IMG/VR virus record: IMGVR_UViG_2648501873_000005
Length of the DNA stretch: 36,416 nt
From: a virus
Taxonomy: Duplodnaviria; Heunggongvirae; Uroviricota; Caudoviricetes
Direction: 5' to 3' (one strand)
Shown here: in pieces, positions 24,240-34,643 of the stretch
How the letters are laid out: each line of letters starts with the position of its first letter
How positions within the stretch are numbered: position 1 is the first letter of the stretch
Notes under the pieces: model-generated
Seen by the model: the letters and a program-made list of their open reading frames with translations, nothing else
Database searches by the model: none
What the model was told of the DNA's origin: nothing
Translations under genes and position numbers: made by a program

Positions 24240-24937
24240 TGCAGGATATTCGCGAAGAAAGTCTGAACGAGTCGGTTAAGTCAGAGCAGTCACCGCGGGT
24301 GGTACTCTGGGAAATCGACCTGACGGTACAGGGCGGTGAGCGGTATTTTTTCTGTAATGAGCTGAATGAAAAAGGGGAGCCGGTCACCTGGCAGGGGCGG
24401 CAATATCAGGCATACCCGATTGACGGCAGCGGTTTTGAGATGAGCGGGAAGGGCAGCAGTGCCAGACCGTCGCTGACGGTGTCCAATCTGTTCGGTCTGG
24501 TCACCGGGATGGCGGAAGACCTGCAGAGTCTGGTGGGGGCCACGGTGGTCCGCCGCCGGGTGTATGCCCGTTTTCTGGATGCGGTGAATTTCGTTGCGGG
24601 CAATCCGGAGGCGGACCCGGAGCAGGAGCTGAGTGACCGCTGGGTGGTGGAGCAGATGTCGCAGCTGACAGCCATGACGGCCTCGTTTGTGCTGGCTACA
24701 CCGACCGAGACGGATGGGGCGCTGTTTCCCGGTCGCATCATGCTGGCGAACACCTGTATGTGGGATTACCGGGGAGATGAATGCGGGTATAACGGTCCTG
24801 CGGTGGCGGATGAGTTCGACAACCCCACCACGGATATCCGTAAGGACAGATGCAGCAAGTGCATGCGCGGGTGTGAACTGCGCAGGAATGTCGGCAATTT
24901 TGGCGGTTTCCTTTCCATTAATAAACTTTCGCAGTAA
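24239..24937 (+). CDS. L: Minor tail protein L
   Basis: 232 aa, near-collinear with lambda L as recalled (MQDIR..VVLWEIDLT..GGERYFFCNE..; C-terminal Cys cluster). Confidence 0.85.
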   Translation: MQDIREESLNESVKSEQSPRVVLWEIDLTVQGGERYFFCNELNEKGEPVTWQGRQYQAYPIDGSGFEMSGKGSSARPSLTVSNLFGLVTGMAEDLQSLVGATVVRRRVYARFLDAVNFVAGNPEADPEQELSDRWVVEQMSQLTAMTASFVLATPTETDGALFPGRIMLANTCMWDYRGDECGYNGPAVADEFDNPTTDIRKDRCSKCMRGCELRRNVGNFGGFLSINKLSQ

Positions 24938-24947
24938 ATCCCGGTTT

Positions 24948-25691
24948 ATGACACAGACTGAATCAGCGATTCTGGCGCATGCCCGGCGGTGTGCGCCTGC
25001 GGAGTCGTGCGGCTTCGTGATAAGCACGCCGGAGGGGGAGTGGTATATCCCTTGTGTGAATATTTCTGCAGAGCCGGAGGCGTATTTTCGTATCGCACCG
25101 GAAGACTGGCTGCGGGCAGAGATGCAGGGGGAGATTGTGGCACTGGTCCACAGTCATCCCGGTGGGCTGCCCTGGCTGAGCGAGGCTGACCGGCGGCTGC
25201 AGATAAAAAGCGCACTGCCCTGGTGGCTGGTCTGCCGGGGTGACATTCACAAATTCCGCTGTGTGCCACATCTGACAGGACGGCGCTTTGAGCATGGGGT
25301 GACGGACTGTTACACACTGTTCCGGGATGCTTATCATCTGGCGGGGACTGAAATGCCGGATTTTCATCGCGAGGATGACTGGTGGCGCAACGGTCAGAAC
25401 CTTTACCTGGACAATATGGCGGTCACCGGCTTTTACCGGGTGCCCCTGTCCTCTGCACAGGCGGGCGATATTCTGCTGTGCTGCTTTGGTGCTTCGGTAC
25501 CGAACCATGCCGCCATTTACTGCGGCAACGGTGAGCTGCTTCACCATCTGCCTGAACAACTGAGTAAACGGGAGAGGTATTCCGAAAAATGGCAACGACG
25601 AACGCATTCTGTCTGGCGTCACCGCCACTGGCACGCATCTGCCTTCACGGGGATTTACAACGATTTGGCCGCCGCCTCAGCCTGTATGTGA
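24948..25691 (+). CDS. K: Tail assembly protein K (MPN/JAB plus NlpC/P60 domains)
   Basis: MTQTESAILAHARRCAPAESCGFV.. matches the lambda K N-terminus as recalled. The track ORF begins earlier (24687) but the first ATG with homology is 24948. Confidence 0.85.
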   Translation: MTQTESAILAHARRCAPAESCGFVISTPEGEWYIPCVNISAEPEAYFRIAPEDWLRAEMQGEIVALVHSHPGGLPWLSEADRRLQIKSALPWWLVCRGDIHKFRCVPHLTGRRFEHGVTDCYTLFRDAYHLAGTEMPDFHREDDWWRNGQNLYLDNMAVTGFYRVPLSSAQAGDILLCCFGASVPNHAAIYCGNGELLHHLPEQLSKRERYSEKWQRRTHSVWRHRHWHASAFTGIYNDLAAASACM

Positions 25692-26269
25692 ACACGGCAG
25701 CGGAAGCCATCCGGGCGCTGTCGTTACAGGTGCCGGGCTTTCGCCGTCAGATGAACGAAGGCTGGTACCAGATACGTATTGCCGGTTATGACACGGCACC
25801 GGAGGCGGTGTACGCCCGTCTTCACGAACAGCTGGGTGAGGGAACGGTCATCCATATTGTGCCGCGACTGGCCGGGGCCGGAAAGGGGGGACTGCAGATT
25901 GTGCTGGGGGCGGCAGCCATCGTGGGCTCTTTCTTCACTGCCGGGGCATCAATGGCGTTATGGGGTTCAGCCCTGGCAGCCGGTGGTTTTTCTGCCACCA
26001 CGATGCTGTTTTCACTTGGAGCCAGCATGATTCTGGGCGGTGTGGCCCAGATGCTGGCCCCGAAGGCAAAAACACCGGATTACCGCGCAACGGATAACGG
26101 CAGACAGAACACGTACTTTTCCTCACTGGATAACATGATTGCCCAGGGGAACCCGATGCCGGTGCCTTACGGGGAAATGCTGGTTGGCTCCCGCCGTATA
26201 TCCCAGGACATCAGCACCCGTGATGAAGGCGGGGGCGGAACGGTCGTGGTTATCGGGCGACAGGGATAA
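25589..26269 (+). CDS. I: Tail assembly protein I
   Basis: 226 aa; ARICLHGDLQRFGRR..GWYQIRIAG..NTYFSSLDNMIAQGN matches lambda I as recalled. Overlaps the 3' end of K, as in lambda. Confidence 0.85.
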   Translation: MATTNAFCLASPPLARICLHGDLQRFGRRLSLYVNTAAEAIRALSLQVPGFRRQMNEGWYQIRIAGYDTAPEAVYARLHEQLGEGTVIHIVPRLAGAGKGGLQIVLGAAAIVGSFFTAGASMALWGSALAAGGFSATTMLFSLGASMILGGVAQMLAPKAKTPDYRATDNGRQNTYFSSLDNMIAQGNPMPVPYGEMLVGSRRISQDISTRDEGGGGTVVVIGRQG

Positions 26270-26273
26270 AACA

Positions 26274-26372
26274 TAAAAAAATCCCGCAGTGATCGCGGAG
26301 CTGCGGGGACAGACAAATGAAGATCAATGTTAAGGAGTTGTTTTTGTTACTCGGGCAAAAAAACACTAACGC
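26274..26372 (-). ncRNA. Candidate small RNA on the minus strand in the I-J gap
   Basis: Minus-strand promoter: -35 TTCACA (plus 26401-26406), 16-bp spacer, perfect -10 TATAAT (plus 26379-26384). About 100 nt downstream is an intrinsic terminator (hairpin at plus 26283-26307 followed by a U-run on the minus strand). No convincing ORF in this unit. Confidence 0.35.
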
Positions 26373-26611
26373 AGCGAAATTATAAGCGCCACAGTCAGTG
26401 TGTGAAAATGTGAAGATATTCAGAATTTTTATGCCATTACCGGTTTTAACCAACAGGATTATCGGTGGGCATGAAAGAAAACCCCGGTATCTGCTGATAC
26501 CGGGGTTTCTCTTTAGCATGGCAGAAATGTGTTTCATGCTTTTCGGGCGAAGGATATCCGACTTCTGTACGGAATGGCAAGTGGCGGTTAATTTATTCAG
26601 GGGAAGGCTGT

Positions 26612-29600
26612 ATGGGAAAAGGTGGCGGTAAGGCACACACGCCTCGTGAGGCGAAGGATAATCTCAAATCCACGCAGATGATGAGCGTGATTGATGCGAT
26701 TGGTGAGGGACCGATAGAAGGTCCGGTGAAGGGACTGCAGAGTATTCTGGTGAACAAAACCCCACTGACGGACACGGACGGCAATCCCGTGATACACGGT
26801 GTGACGGCGGTCTGGCGCGCCGGGGAGCAGGAGCAGACACCACCGGAAGGCTTTGAGTCCTCCGGAGCTGAAACCGGACTGGGCGTGGAAGTGACGAAGG
26901 CAAAACCGGTGACGCGCACCATTACGTCCGCGAACATTGACCGCCTGCGGGTTACCTTCGGGGTGCAGTCACTGGTGGAGACCACCTCAAAGGGTGACCG
27001 TAACCCGGCATCCGTCCGCCTGCTGATTCAGTTACAGCGTAACGGTAACTGGGTGACAGAAAAGGACGTCACCATTAACGGCAAGACCACCTCACAGTTC
27101 CTGGCCTCGGTGATTCTGGATAATCTGCCTCCCCGGCCCTTTAACATCCGGATGGTCAGGGAGACGGCGGACAGCACCACGGACCAGCTGCAGAATAAGA
27201 CGCTGTGGTCGTCATACACCGAAATCATCGATGTGAAACAGTGCTACCCGAACACGGCCATTGTGGGGCTGCAGGTGGATGCGGAGCAGTTCGGCGGCCA
27301 GCAGATGACGGTGAACTACCATATCCGCGGTCGCATCATCCAGGTGCCGTCAAACTATGACCCGGAAAAACGCACGTATAGTGGTATCTGGGACGGCAGT
27401 CTGAAACCGGCATACAGCAACAACCCGGCCTGGTGTCTGTGGGACATGCTGACTCACCCGCGCTACGGCATGGGAAAACGTCTGGGGGCGGCGGATGTGG
27501 ACAAGTGGGCGCTGTATGCCATCGGGCAGTACTGCGACCAGACGGTCCCGGATGGTTTCGGGGGGACCGAGCCGCGGATGACCTTTAATGCGTACCTGGC
27601 ACAACAGCGTAAGGCGTGGGACGTTCTCAGTGATTTCTGCTCTGCGATGCGCTGTATGCCGGTATGGAACGGTCAGACGCTGACGTTCGTTCAGGACCGC
27701 CCGTCGGATGTGGTGTGGCCGTACACCAACAGCGATGTGGTGGTGGATGATAACGGCGTGGGATTCCGCTACAGCTTCAGTGCCCTGAAGGACCGGCACA
27801 CGGCGGTGGAGGTGAATTACACCGACCCGCAGAACGGCTGGCAGACCTCCACGGAACTGGTGGAAGACCCGGAAGCCATACTGCGCTACGGACGCAACCT
27901 GCTGAAGATGGACGCGTTCGGCTGTACCAGCCGCGGTCAGGCCCACCGTGCCGGACTGTGGGTGATAAAGACCGAACTGCTGGAAACGCAGACGGTGGAT
28001 TTCACGCTCGGGTCTCAGGGGCTGCGGCACACACCCGGTGACATTATTGAAATCTGTGATAATGACTATGCCGGGACCCTGACCGGCGGACGTGTCCTGT
28101 CCATTGATGCTGCCACCCGCACCCTGACGCTGGACCGTGAGGTTACCCTGCCGGAGACAGGTACATCGGCGGTGAACCTGATTAACGGCAGCGGTAAGCC
28201 GGTGAGTGTGGACATCACCGCACACCCCGCGCCGGACCGGATACAGGTCAGTACCCTGCCTGATGGTGTGGAGACATACGGGGTGTGGGGACTCTCCCTG
28301 CCGTCACTGCGCCGTCGCCTGTTCCGCTGTGTCTCCATCCGGGAAAACACGGACGGCACCTTTGCCATCACGGCGGTGCAGCACGTACCGGAAAAAGAAG
28401 CCATCGTGGATAACGGTGCCCGCTTTGAGCCGCAGTCAGGTTCCCTGAACAGCGTCATCCCACCGGCAGTGCAGCACCTGACGGTGGAGGTGAGCGCAGC
28501 TGACGGCCAGTATCTGGCGCAGGCGAAATGGGACACGCCGCGGGTGGTGAAGGGTGTGCGCTTCAGTCTGCGCCTGACCAGTGGTAAGGGAACGGATGCC
28601 AGACTGGTGACCACCGCCATCACCGCAGACACGGAGCACCGTTTCAGCGGCCTGCCGCTCGGGGAATACACCCTGACGGTGCGGGCGATAAACAGCTATG
28701 GCCAGCAGGGTGAACCTGCCACCACCACCTTCCGGATTACCGCACCGGCAGCACCGTCGCGGATTGAGCTGACGCCGGGCTATTTTCAGATAACCGCAAC
28801 GCCACATCTTGCCGTTTATGACCCGACGGTACAGTTTGAGTTCTGGTTCTCGGAAAAGCGGATTGCGGATATCAGGCAGGTTGAAACCGCAGCCCGCTAT
28901 CTTGGCTCGGCGCTGTACTGGATAGCTGCCAGTATCAATATCAAACCGGGCCATGATTATTATTTTTATATCCGCAGTGTGAATACTGTTGGCAAATCGG
29001 CATTCGTGGAGGCTGTCGGTCGGGCGAGCGATGATGCGGAAGGTTACCTGGATTTTTTCAAAGGAGAAATCGGGAAAACACATCTGGCCCAGGAGCTGTG
29101 GACGCAGATTGATAACGGTCAGCTTGCGCCGGACCTGGCTGAAATCAGGACGTCCATTACGAATGTCAGCAATGAAATCACGCAGACCGTCAATAAAAAA
29201 CTGGAAAATCAGAGTGCGGCAATCCAGCAGATACAGAAAGTTCAGGTTGATACAAATAATAACCTGAACAGCATGTGGGCCGTGAAACTGCAGCAGATGC
29301 AGGACGGACGCCTTTATATTGCGGGTATCGGTGCCGGTATTGAGAATACGCCAGCAGGAATGCAGAGTCAGGTGCTGCTGGCGGCAGACAGGATTGCGAT
29401 GATTAATCCTGCGAATGGCAACACAAAGCCGATGTTTGTTGGTCAGGGCGATCAGATATTTATGAATGAAGTGTTCCTGAAATATCTGACGGCTCCCACC
29501 ATTACCAGCGGCGGTAATCCTCCGGCATTTTCCCTGACACCGGACGGGCGGCTGACGGCGAAAAATGCCGATATCAGCGGTAACGTGAATGCGAACTCCG

Positions 29601-30085
29601 GGACGCTCAACAACGTCACGATTAACGAGAACTGTCGGGTTCTGGGAAAATTGTCCGCGAACCAGATTGAAGGCGATCTCGTTAAAACAGTGGGCAAAGC
29701 TTTCCCCCGGGACTCCCGTGCACCGGAGCGGTGGCCATCAGGAACCATTACCGTCAGGGTTTATGACGATCAGCCGTTTGACCGGCAGATTGTTATTCCG
29801 GCGGTGGCATTCAGCGGCGCTAAACATGAGAAAGAGCATACTGATATTTACTCCTCATGCCGTCTGATAGTGCGGAAAAACGGTGCTGAAATTTATAACC
29901 GTACCGCGCTGGATAATACGCTGATTTACAGTGGTGTTATTGATATGCCTGCCGGTCACGGTCACATGACACTGGAGTTTTCGGTGTCAGCATGGCTGGT
30001 AAATAACTGGTATCCCACAGCAAGTATCAGCGATTTGCTGGTTGTGGTGATGAAGAAAGCCACTGCAGGCATCACGATTAGCTGA
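26612..30085 (+). CDS. J: Central tail fibre / host specificity protein J
   Basis: 1157 aa; N-terminus [22 protein letters not shown] and overall architecture match lambda J as recalled. Confidence 0.9.
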   Translation: MGKGGGKAHTPREAKDNLKSTQMMSVIDAIGEGPIEGPVKGLQSILVNKTPLTDTDGNPVIHGVTAVWRAGEQEQTPPEGFESSGAETGLGVEVTKAKPVTRTITSANIDRLRVTFGVQSLVETTSKGDRNPASVRLLIQLQRNGNWVTEKDVTINGKTTSQFLASVILDNLPPRPFNIRMVRETADSTTDQLQNKTLWSSYTEIIDVKQCYPNTAIVGLQVDAEQFGGQQMTVNYHIRGRIIQVPSNYDPEKRTYSGIWDGSLKPAYSNNPAWCLWDMLTHPRYGMGKRLGAADVDKWALYAIGQYCDQTVPDGFGGTEPRMTFNAYLAQQRKAWDVLSDFCSAMRCMPVWNGQTLTFVQDRPSDVVWPYTNSDVVVDDNGVGFRYSFSALKDRHTAVEVNYTDPQNGWQTSTELVEDPEAILRYGRNLLKMDAFGCTSRGQAHRAGLWVIKTELLETQTVDFTLGSQGLRHTPGDIIEICDNDYAGTLTGGRVLSIDAATRTLTLDREVTLPETGTSAVNLINGSGKPVSVDITAHPAPDRIQVSTLPDGVETYGVWGLSLPSLRRRLFRCVSIRENTDGTFAITAVQHVPEKEAIVDNGARFEPQSGSLNSVIPPAVQHLTVEVSAADGQYLAQAKWDTPRVVKGVRFSLRLTSGKGTDARLVTTAITADTEHRFSGLPLGEYTLTVRAINSYGQQGEPATTTFRITAPAAPSRIELTPGYFQITATPHLAVYDPTVQFEFWFSEKRIADIRQVETAARYLGSALYWIAASINIKPGHDYYFYIRSVNTVGKSAFVEAVGRASDDAEGYLDFFKGEIGKTHLAQELWTQIDNGQLAPDLAEIRTSITNVSNEITQTVNKKLENQSAAIQQIQKVQVDTNNNLNSMWAVKLQQMQDGRLYIAGIGAGIENTPAGMQSQVLLAADRIAMINPANGNTKPMFVGQGDQIFMNEVFLKYLTAPTITSGGNPPAFSLTPDGRLTAKNADISGNVNANSGTLNNVTINENCRVLGKLSANQIEGDLVKTVGKAFPRDSRAPERWPSGTITVRVYDDQPFDRQIVIPAVAFSGAKHEKEHTDIYSSCRLIVRKNGAEIYNRTALDNTLIYSGVIDMPAGHGHMTLEFSVSAWLVNNWYPTASISDLLVVVMKKATAGITIS

Positions 30086-30101
30086 ATTTTATAACCCAGA
30101 T

Positions 30102-30129
30102 ACGGGCGCCAGAAATGGCGCCTTTTTTA
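30102..30129 (+). terminator. Intrinsic terminator after J
   Basis: GGCGCC-AGAAAT-GGCGCC followed by TTTTTTATT. Confidence 0.5.
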
Positions 30130-30152
30130 TTGCAGAAAAGCGAGAGGTAATT

Positions 30153-30752
30153 ATGCGTAAATTATGTGCTGTTATTTTGTCCGCAGTAGTCTGGCAGGTC
30201 GCCGCTGCTACGCCAGCGAGTGCAGCAGAACATCAGTCCACGCTGAGCGCGGGGTATCTCCATGCCTCGACGAACGTTCCCGGTAGTGATGATCTGAACG
30301 GGATTAACGTGAAATACCGTTATGAGTTTACGGACGCGCTGGGGCTGATTACGTCCTTCAGTTATGCCAATGCTGAGGATGAGCAAAAAACGCGCTACAG
30401 CGATACCCGCTGGCATGAAGATTCCGTGCGTAACCGCTGGTTCAGCGTGATGGCGGGGCCGTCTGTACGCGTGAATGAATGGTTCAGCGCGTATGCGATG
30501 GCGGGTGTGGCTTACAGCCGTGTGTCGACTTTCTCCGGGGATTATCTCCGCGTAACTGACAGCAAGGGGAAAACGCACGATGTGCTGACCGGAAGTGATG
30601 ACGGTCGCCACAGCAACACGTCTCTGGCGTGGGGGGCTGGCGTGCAGTTTAACCCGACCGAATCCGTGACCATTGACCTTGCTTATGAAGGTTCCGGTAG
30701 TGGCGACTGGCGAACGGATGCATTTATTGTTGGTATCGGATACCGTTTCTGA
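30153..30752 (+). CDS. lom: Outer-membrane protein Lom (Ail/Lom/OmpX family)
   Basis: 199 aa with signal peptide and alternating beta-strand pattern; C-terminal IVGIGYRF. Classic position after J. Confidence 0.85.
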   Translation: MRKLCAVILSAVVWQVAAATPASAAEHQSTLSAGYLHASTNVPGSDDLNGINVKYRYEFTDALGLITSFSYANAEDEQKTRYSDTRWHEDSVRNRWFSVMAGPSVRVNEWFSAYAMAGVAYSRVSTFSGDYLRVTDSKGKTHDVLTGSDDGRHSNTSLAWGAGVQFNPTESVTIDLAYEGSGSGDWRTDAFIVGIGYRF

Positions 30753-30855
30753 CAACAGACGCCGATTTATCTTCTGTAAATATTGTTATGATACGCAGGT
30801 TCATCCACCTTATGGGGTGAACTGCGTTTGAGGAAACGTAAAGTTACACTGTCCT

Positions 30856-30890
30856 GAAGCCCGTGGCGTCACTGCTGCGGGCTTTTTTTA
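30856..30890 (+). terminator. Hairpin plus U-tract between lom and stf
   Basis: GCCCG..CGGGC stem followed by TTTTTTTATT. Confidence 0.45.
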
Positions 30891-30903
30891 TTGGTGGAAA
30901 AGT

Positions 30904-33276
30904 ATGACAGTAAAAATTTCTGGCGTGCTTAAAGATGGCACAGGAAAACCAGTACAGAACTGCACCATTGTGCTGAAGGCCAGACGAACCAGCAGCACGG
31001 TGGTGGTGAACACGGTGGCCTCTGAAAATCCGGATGAAGCCGGACGTTACAGCATGGATGTTGAGCATGGTCAGTACAGCGTCACCCTGCTGGTTGAAGG
31101 TTTTCCGCCTTCACATGCCGGGACCATTACCGTCTATGAAGGTTCCAGACCAGGCACGCTGAATGATTTTCTCGGTGCCATGACGGAAGAGGATGTCATG
31201 CCGGAGGCATTGCGTCGTTTTGAGGTAATGGTGGAAGAAGCGGCACGCAACGCTGAAGCCGCCTCTCAGAGCGCAGCGGCGGCAAAGAAATCCGAAACTG
31301 CAGCGGCATCATCGAAGAACGCGGCGAAAAACTCAGAAACGAATGCAGCTAACAGCGCACAGGCGGCAGCGGCCTCGCAGACTGCATCGGCAAATTCCGC
31401 GACAGCAGCTAAAAAATCAGAAACCAACGCGAAAAATAGCGAGACAGCAGCAAAGACGAGCGAAACCAACGCAAAGTCCAGCCAGACGGCAGCGAAGGCC
31501 AGCGAAACGAATGCCAAAGCCAGTGAAACTGCGGCGAAAAACAGCCAGACTGCAGCAGCTGAGAGCGAGAGCGCAGCAGCCGGTTCTGCGACTTCAGCAG
31601 CTGGAGCAGCAACTGCTGCGGCTAACAGCCAGAAAGCAGCGAAGACGAGTGAAACTAACGCAAAGTCCAGCCAGACGGCAGCGAAGACCAGCGAAACGAA
31701 TGCCAAAGCCAGCGAAACTGCGGCGAAAAACAGCCAGGTTGCAGCAGCCCAAAGCGAGAGCGCGGCAGCTGGTTCTGCAAGCGCGGCGGCTGCTTCTGCC
31801 ACTGCATCAGCCAACAGTCAAAAAGCGGCAAAAACCAGTGAAACCAATGCAAAGACAAGCGAGACTGCAGCGGCGAACTCGGCGAAAGCATCGGCAGCAA
31901 GCCAGACAGCAGCTAAAGCAAGTGAAGACGCAGCCAGAGAGTATGCAAGTCAGGCAGCAGAGCCGTATAAATATGTCTTACAGCCACTGCCTGATGTGTG
32001 GATACCGTTTAACGATTCACTGGATATGATTACGGGCTTTTCGCCGTCATATAAAAAAATTGTTATTGGTGACGATGAAATAACGATGCCTGGCGACAAG
32101 ATTGTTAAGTTTAAACGTGCATCGAAAGCAACCTATATTAACAAATCTGGTGTGCTGACAGAGGCTGCCATTGACGAGCCACGATTTGAACGTGATGGCC
32201 TGCTTATTGAGGGGCAAAGAACAAACTACATGCTCAATTCGGAAAGCCCTGCCAGTTGGGGGCGATCGTCAAATATGGATGTGCCCGAAACAGGGACGGA
32301 TAATTTTGGTTTTACCTATGGAAAGTTTGTCTGCAACGATTCTCTGATTGGGCAAACCTCAGCCATTAATATGGCATCAATTGCTGCAACAAAGTCAGTT
32401 GATGTCTCAGGCGATAATAAACACGTGACAACCTCATGTCGTTTTAAAACAGAACTGCAGGTAAGGTTGCGTATCCGGTTTGATAAATATGACGGTAGCG
32501 CAACAACTTTTCTTGGTGATGCGTATATTGATACACAAACGCTTGAAATTAATATGACAGGCGGTGCTGCCTCAAGAATTACAGCGAGAGTCAGAAAGGA
32601 CGAAGCTACCGGATGGATTTTTGCAGAGGCAACAATTCAGGCAATTGATGGGGAGTTTAAAATAGGCTCTCAGATACAGTATTCTCCTAAGCAGAGCGGG
32701 GCAACCGTATCTGGTGACTATATTTATCTGGCCACCCCACAAGTAGAAGATGGGCCTTGTGTATCATCTTTTATTATATCAGGAGCGACGGCGGCGACCC
32801 GCGCAAGCGATATAGTTACAGTTCCAATTAAGAATAATCTTTATAATCTTCCTTTTACGGTTCTTTGTGAGGTACATAAGAACTGGTATAAAACGCCAAA
32901 TGCAGCGCCACGTGTTTTTGATACCGGCGGTCATCAAACCGGAGCGGCTATTATTCTTGGCTTCGGTCGTTCAACATATTACGACGGATTTCCTTATTGC
33001 GATATTGGAGGAGCTAACAGACGGGTAAACGAAAACGCATCGCTTGAAAAAATGGTTATGGGGATGCGTGTAAAGTCAGAGCAGTCTACGTGCTCAGTAA
33101 GTAACGGGCATATATCCAGCGAAACAAAAACCACATGGTCCTGTATTCGGAACACCGCAATTATCCGTATTGGAGGCCAGACTACAGCCGGGTTACGTCA
33201 TTTATTTGGTCATGTCAGGAATTTCAGAATATGGCACAAGGCATTGACTGATGCTCAGGTGGGGGAGTCAATCTAA
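30904..33276 (+). CDS. stf: Side tail fibre protein (Stf-like)
   Basis: 790 aa; conserved N-terminus MTVKISGVLKDGTGKPVQNCTI.., then an Ala/Ser/Thr-rich repeat region (SETNAK motifs) and a divergent C-terminal domain with lower GC. Confidence 0.8.
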   Translation: MTVKISGVLKDGTGKPVQNCTIVLKARRTSSTVVVNTVASENPDEAGRYSMDVEHGQYSVTLLVEGFPPSHAGTITVYEGSRPGTLNDFLGAMTEEDVMPEALRRFEVMVEEAARNAEAASQSAAAAKKSETAAASSKNAAKNSETNAANSAQAAAASQTASANSATAAKKSETNAKNSETAAKTSETNAKSSQTAAKASETNAKASETAAKNSQTAAAESESAAAGSATSAAGAATAAANSQKAAKTSETNAKSSQTAAKTSETNAKASETAAKNSQVAAAQSESAAAGSASAAAASATASANSQKAAKTSETNAKTSETAAANSAKASAASQTAAKASEDAAREYASQAAEPYKYVLQPLPDVWIPFNDSLDMITGFSPSYKKIVIGDDEITMPGDKIVKFKRASKATYINKSGVLTEAAIDEPRFERDGLLIEGQRTNYMLNSESPASWGRSSNMDVPETGTDNFGFTYGKFVCNDSLIGQTSAINMASIAATKSVDVSGDNKHVTTSCRFKTELQVRLRIRFDKYDGSATTFLGDAYIDTQTLEINMTGGAASRITARVRKDEATGWIFAEATIQAIDGEFKIGSQIQYSPKQSGATVSGDYIYLATPQVEDGPCVSSFIISGATAATRASDIVTVPIKNNLYNLPFTVLCEVHKNWYKTPNAAPRVFDTGGHQTGAAIILGFGRSTYYDGFPYCDIGGANRRVNENASLEKMVMGMRVKSEQSTCSVSNGHISSETKTTWSCIRNTAIIRIGGQTTAGLRHLFGHVRNFRIWHKALTDAQVGESI
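31260..31930 (+). repeat. Internal coding repeats in stf, including a 195-bp (65-aa) duplication
   Basis: Two near-identical 65-aa units (SETNAKSSQTAAK.SETNAKASETAAKNSQ..AAAGSA..ANSQKAAKT) beginning near 31447 and 31642, plus shorter SETNAK-type sub-repeats. Confidence 0.6.
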
Positions 33277-33557
33277 TGAAAGATTTAACACTCAAATTTG
33301 CCGACAGGGCCGACTTTTCGGCCTTTATGGAGAGTACTGGCTATTATGATGACGAGTCGATGCAGGATGATATTCTTATTGACGTGATAGGTAACGTGTA
33401 CAAAGAAACCGGAGAACTGACTGAAGATGGCGAACCGGTATGTGTTAAGGAAGACGGATATTTTGTAAACGTGCGCATCATTAATGATTCGCAAATATCG
33501 TCATTATTCGATGAATACGTGGTTGCTGTTGAGCATCAACTTCGTGGCTGGATGTGA
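33276..33557 (+). CDS. Small acidic hypothetical protein, translationally coupled to stf
   Basis: 93-aa ORF whose ATG overlaps the stf stop codon (TAATG). Confidence 0.4.
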   Translation: MKDLTLKFADRADFSAFMESTGYYDDESMQDDILIDVIGNVYKETGELTEDGEPVCVKEDGYFVNVRIINDSQISSLFDEYVVAVEHQLRGWM

Positions 33558-33566
33558 GGAAGAAAA

Positions 33567-34607
33567 ATGGCTACATCGACAGTAATTCCTGATGACATCA
33601 AAACGCTAAAATCCGACGTTAGCAAATTAAAAAACGATCAAGGAAGCTACGCAACAAAATTATATGTAGACAGCAAAGATGAAATCGTTGGTGACTGGTC
33701 TGCTTCATGGTATCAGCAGGTATTGCCAACTAGCGGAGCTATATTTGGGAGAAAACTCCGCTCAACTCACAGGACGGCAGGTGTTGAGGATGCGTATTGC
33801 GAACTATACCTCAAAAAATGGATAGACAGTCCAGGTAACGCAATGGCGCGCCTTAACCTGAACGATAACGGGACAAACATTTGCTGGGACTTTACCAACC
33901 TTTATGGCGGTACGATGATTTTTCCCGGTGACAGCGGATACCTCAAAATGGGTAACTGCCTTATGTCATACAGCAAGCGTGGAAGTAACGCGCTTATTAA
34001 ATTTGATTACACCGACACATTACAGATCAAATATGCCAATCATGGGTCAACCATGACATTAAACACACAGGGAACCGCTTATGCTGGTGTTACTGCTCAA
34101 TTGTGGGGCAACTCCAGCCGTCCTGTTGTTTATGAAGTCGGTGTTGATGGTGGCGCTTATATGTTCTATGCGCAGAAAAATACCGATAACACCTATATGT
34201 TAAGCGTTAATGGTGCATGTCATGCCACCGCATTTAACCAGCATTCCGACCGGGATCTGAAAGACAACATTCAGGTGATCGATAATGCAACCGACCGCAT
34301 CCGTAAAATGAACGGCTATACATACACGCTTAAAGAAAACGGTATGCCCTATGCTGGTGTCATTGCACAGGAAGCTCTGGAAGCAATCCCAGAAGTTGTA
34401 GGTTCCGTAATGAAATATCAGGACGGTGCGAGCGGATCGGAAGGTGAAGAAGGTGAACGTTATTACACAGTAGATTATTCTGGTGTTACTGGCTTGCTTG
34501 TTCAGGTAGCCAGAGAGTCAGACGACAGAATAACAGCACTGGAAGAAGAAAACGCAGAATTAAGACAAAGATTATCTGCAATTGATGCGGCGCTTGCGTC
34601 TAAATAA
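33567..34607 (+). CDS. Second tail fibre / tailspike-like protein with C-terminal peptidase S74 intramolecular chaperone domain
   Basis: 346 aa. C-terminal HSDRDLKDNIQVI..MNGYTYTLKENGMPYAGVIAQEALEAIPEVV..YYTVDYSGVTGLL..ALEEENAELRQRL matches the self-cleaving chaperone domain of endosialidases and L-shaped tail fibres. Confidence 0.65.
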   Translation: MATSTVIPDDIKTLKSDVSKLKNDQGSYATKLYVDSKDEIVGDWSASWYQQVLPTSGAIFGRKLRSTHRTAGVEDAYCELYLKKWIDSPGNAMARLNLNDNGTNICWDFTNLYGGTMIFPGDSGYLKMGNCLMSYSKRGSNALIKFDYTDTLQIKYANHGSTMTLNTQGTAYAGVTAQLWGNSSRPVVYEVGVDGGAYMFYAQKNTDNTYMLSVNGACHATAFNQHSDRDLKDNIQVIDNATDRIRKMNGYTYTLKENGMPYAGVIAQEALEAIPEVVGSVMKYQDGASGSEGEEGERYYTVDYSGVTGLLVQVARESDDRITALEEENAELRQRLSAIDAALASK

Positions 34608-34643
34608 TATTAAGGGGCCGAGCGCCCCGTTTTATTGGGTGGG

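Noticed and set aside
31266-31814. 182-aa Ala-rich minus-strand ORF and 228-aa + frame ORF overlapping stf
   Set aside because: Artefacts of the Ala/Ser/Thr-rich repeat region of stf, which is open in several frames; the stf frame is supported by its conserved N-terminus and ribosome-binding site.
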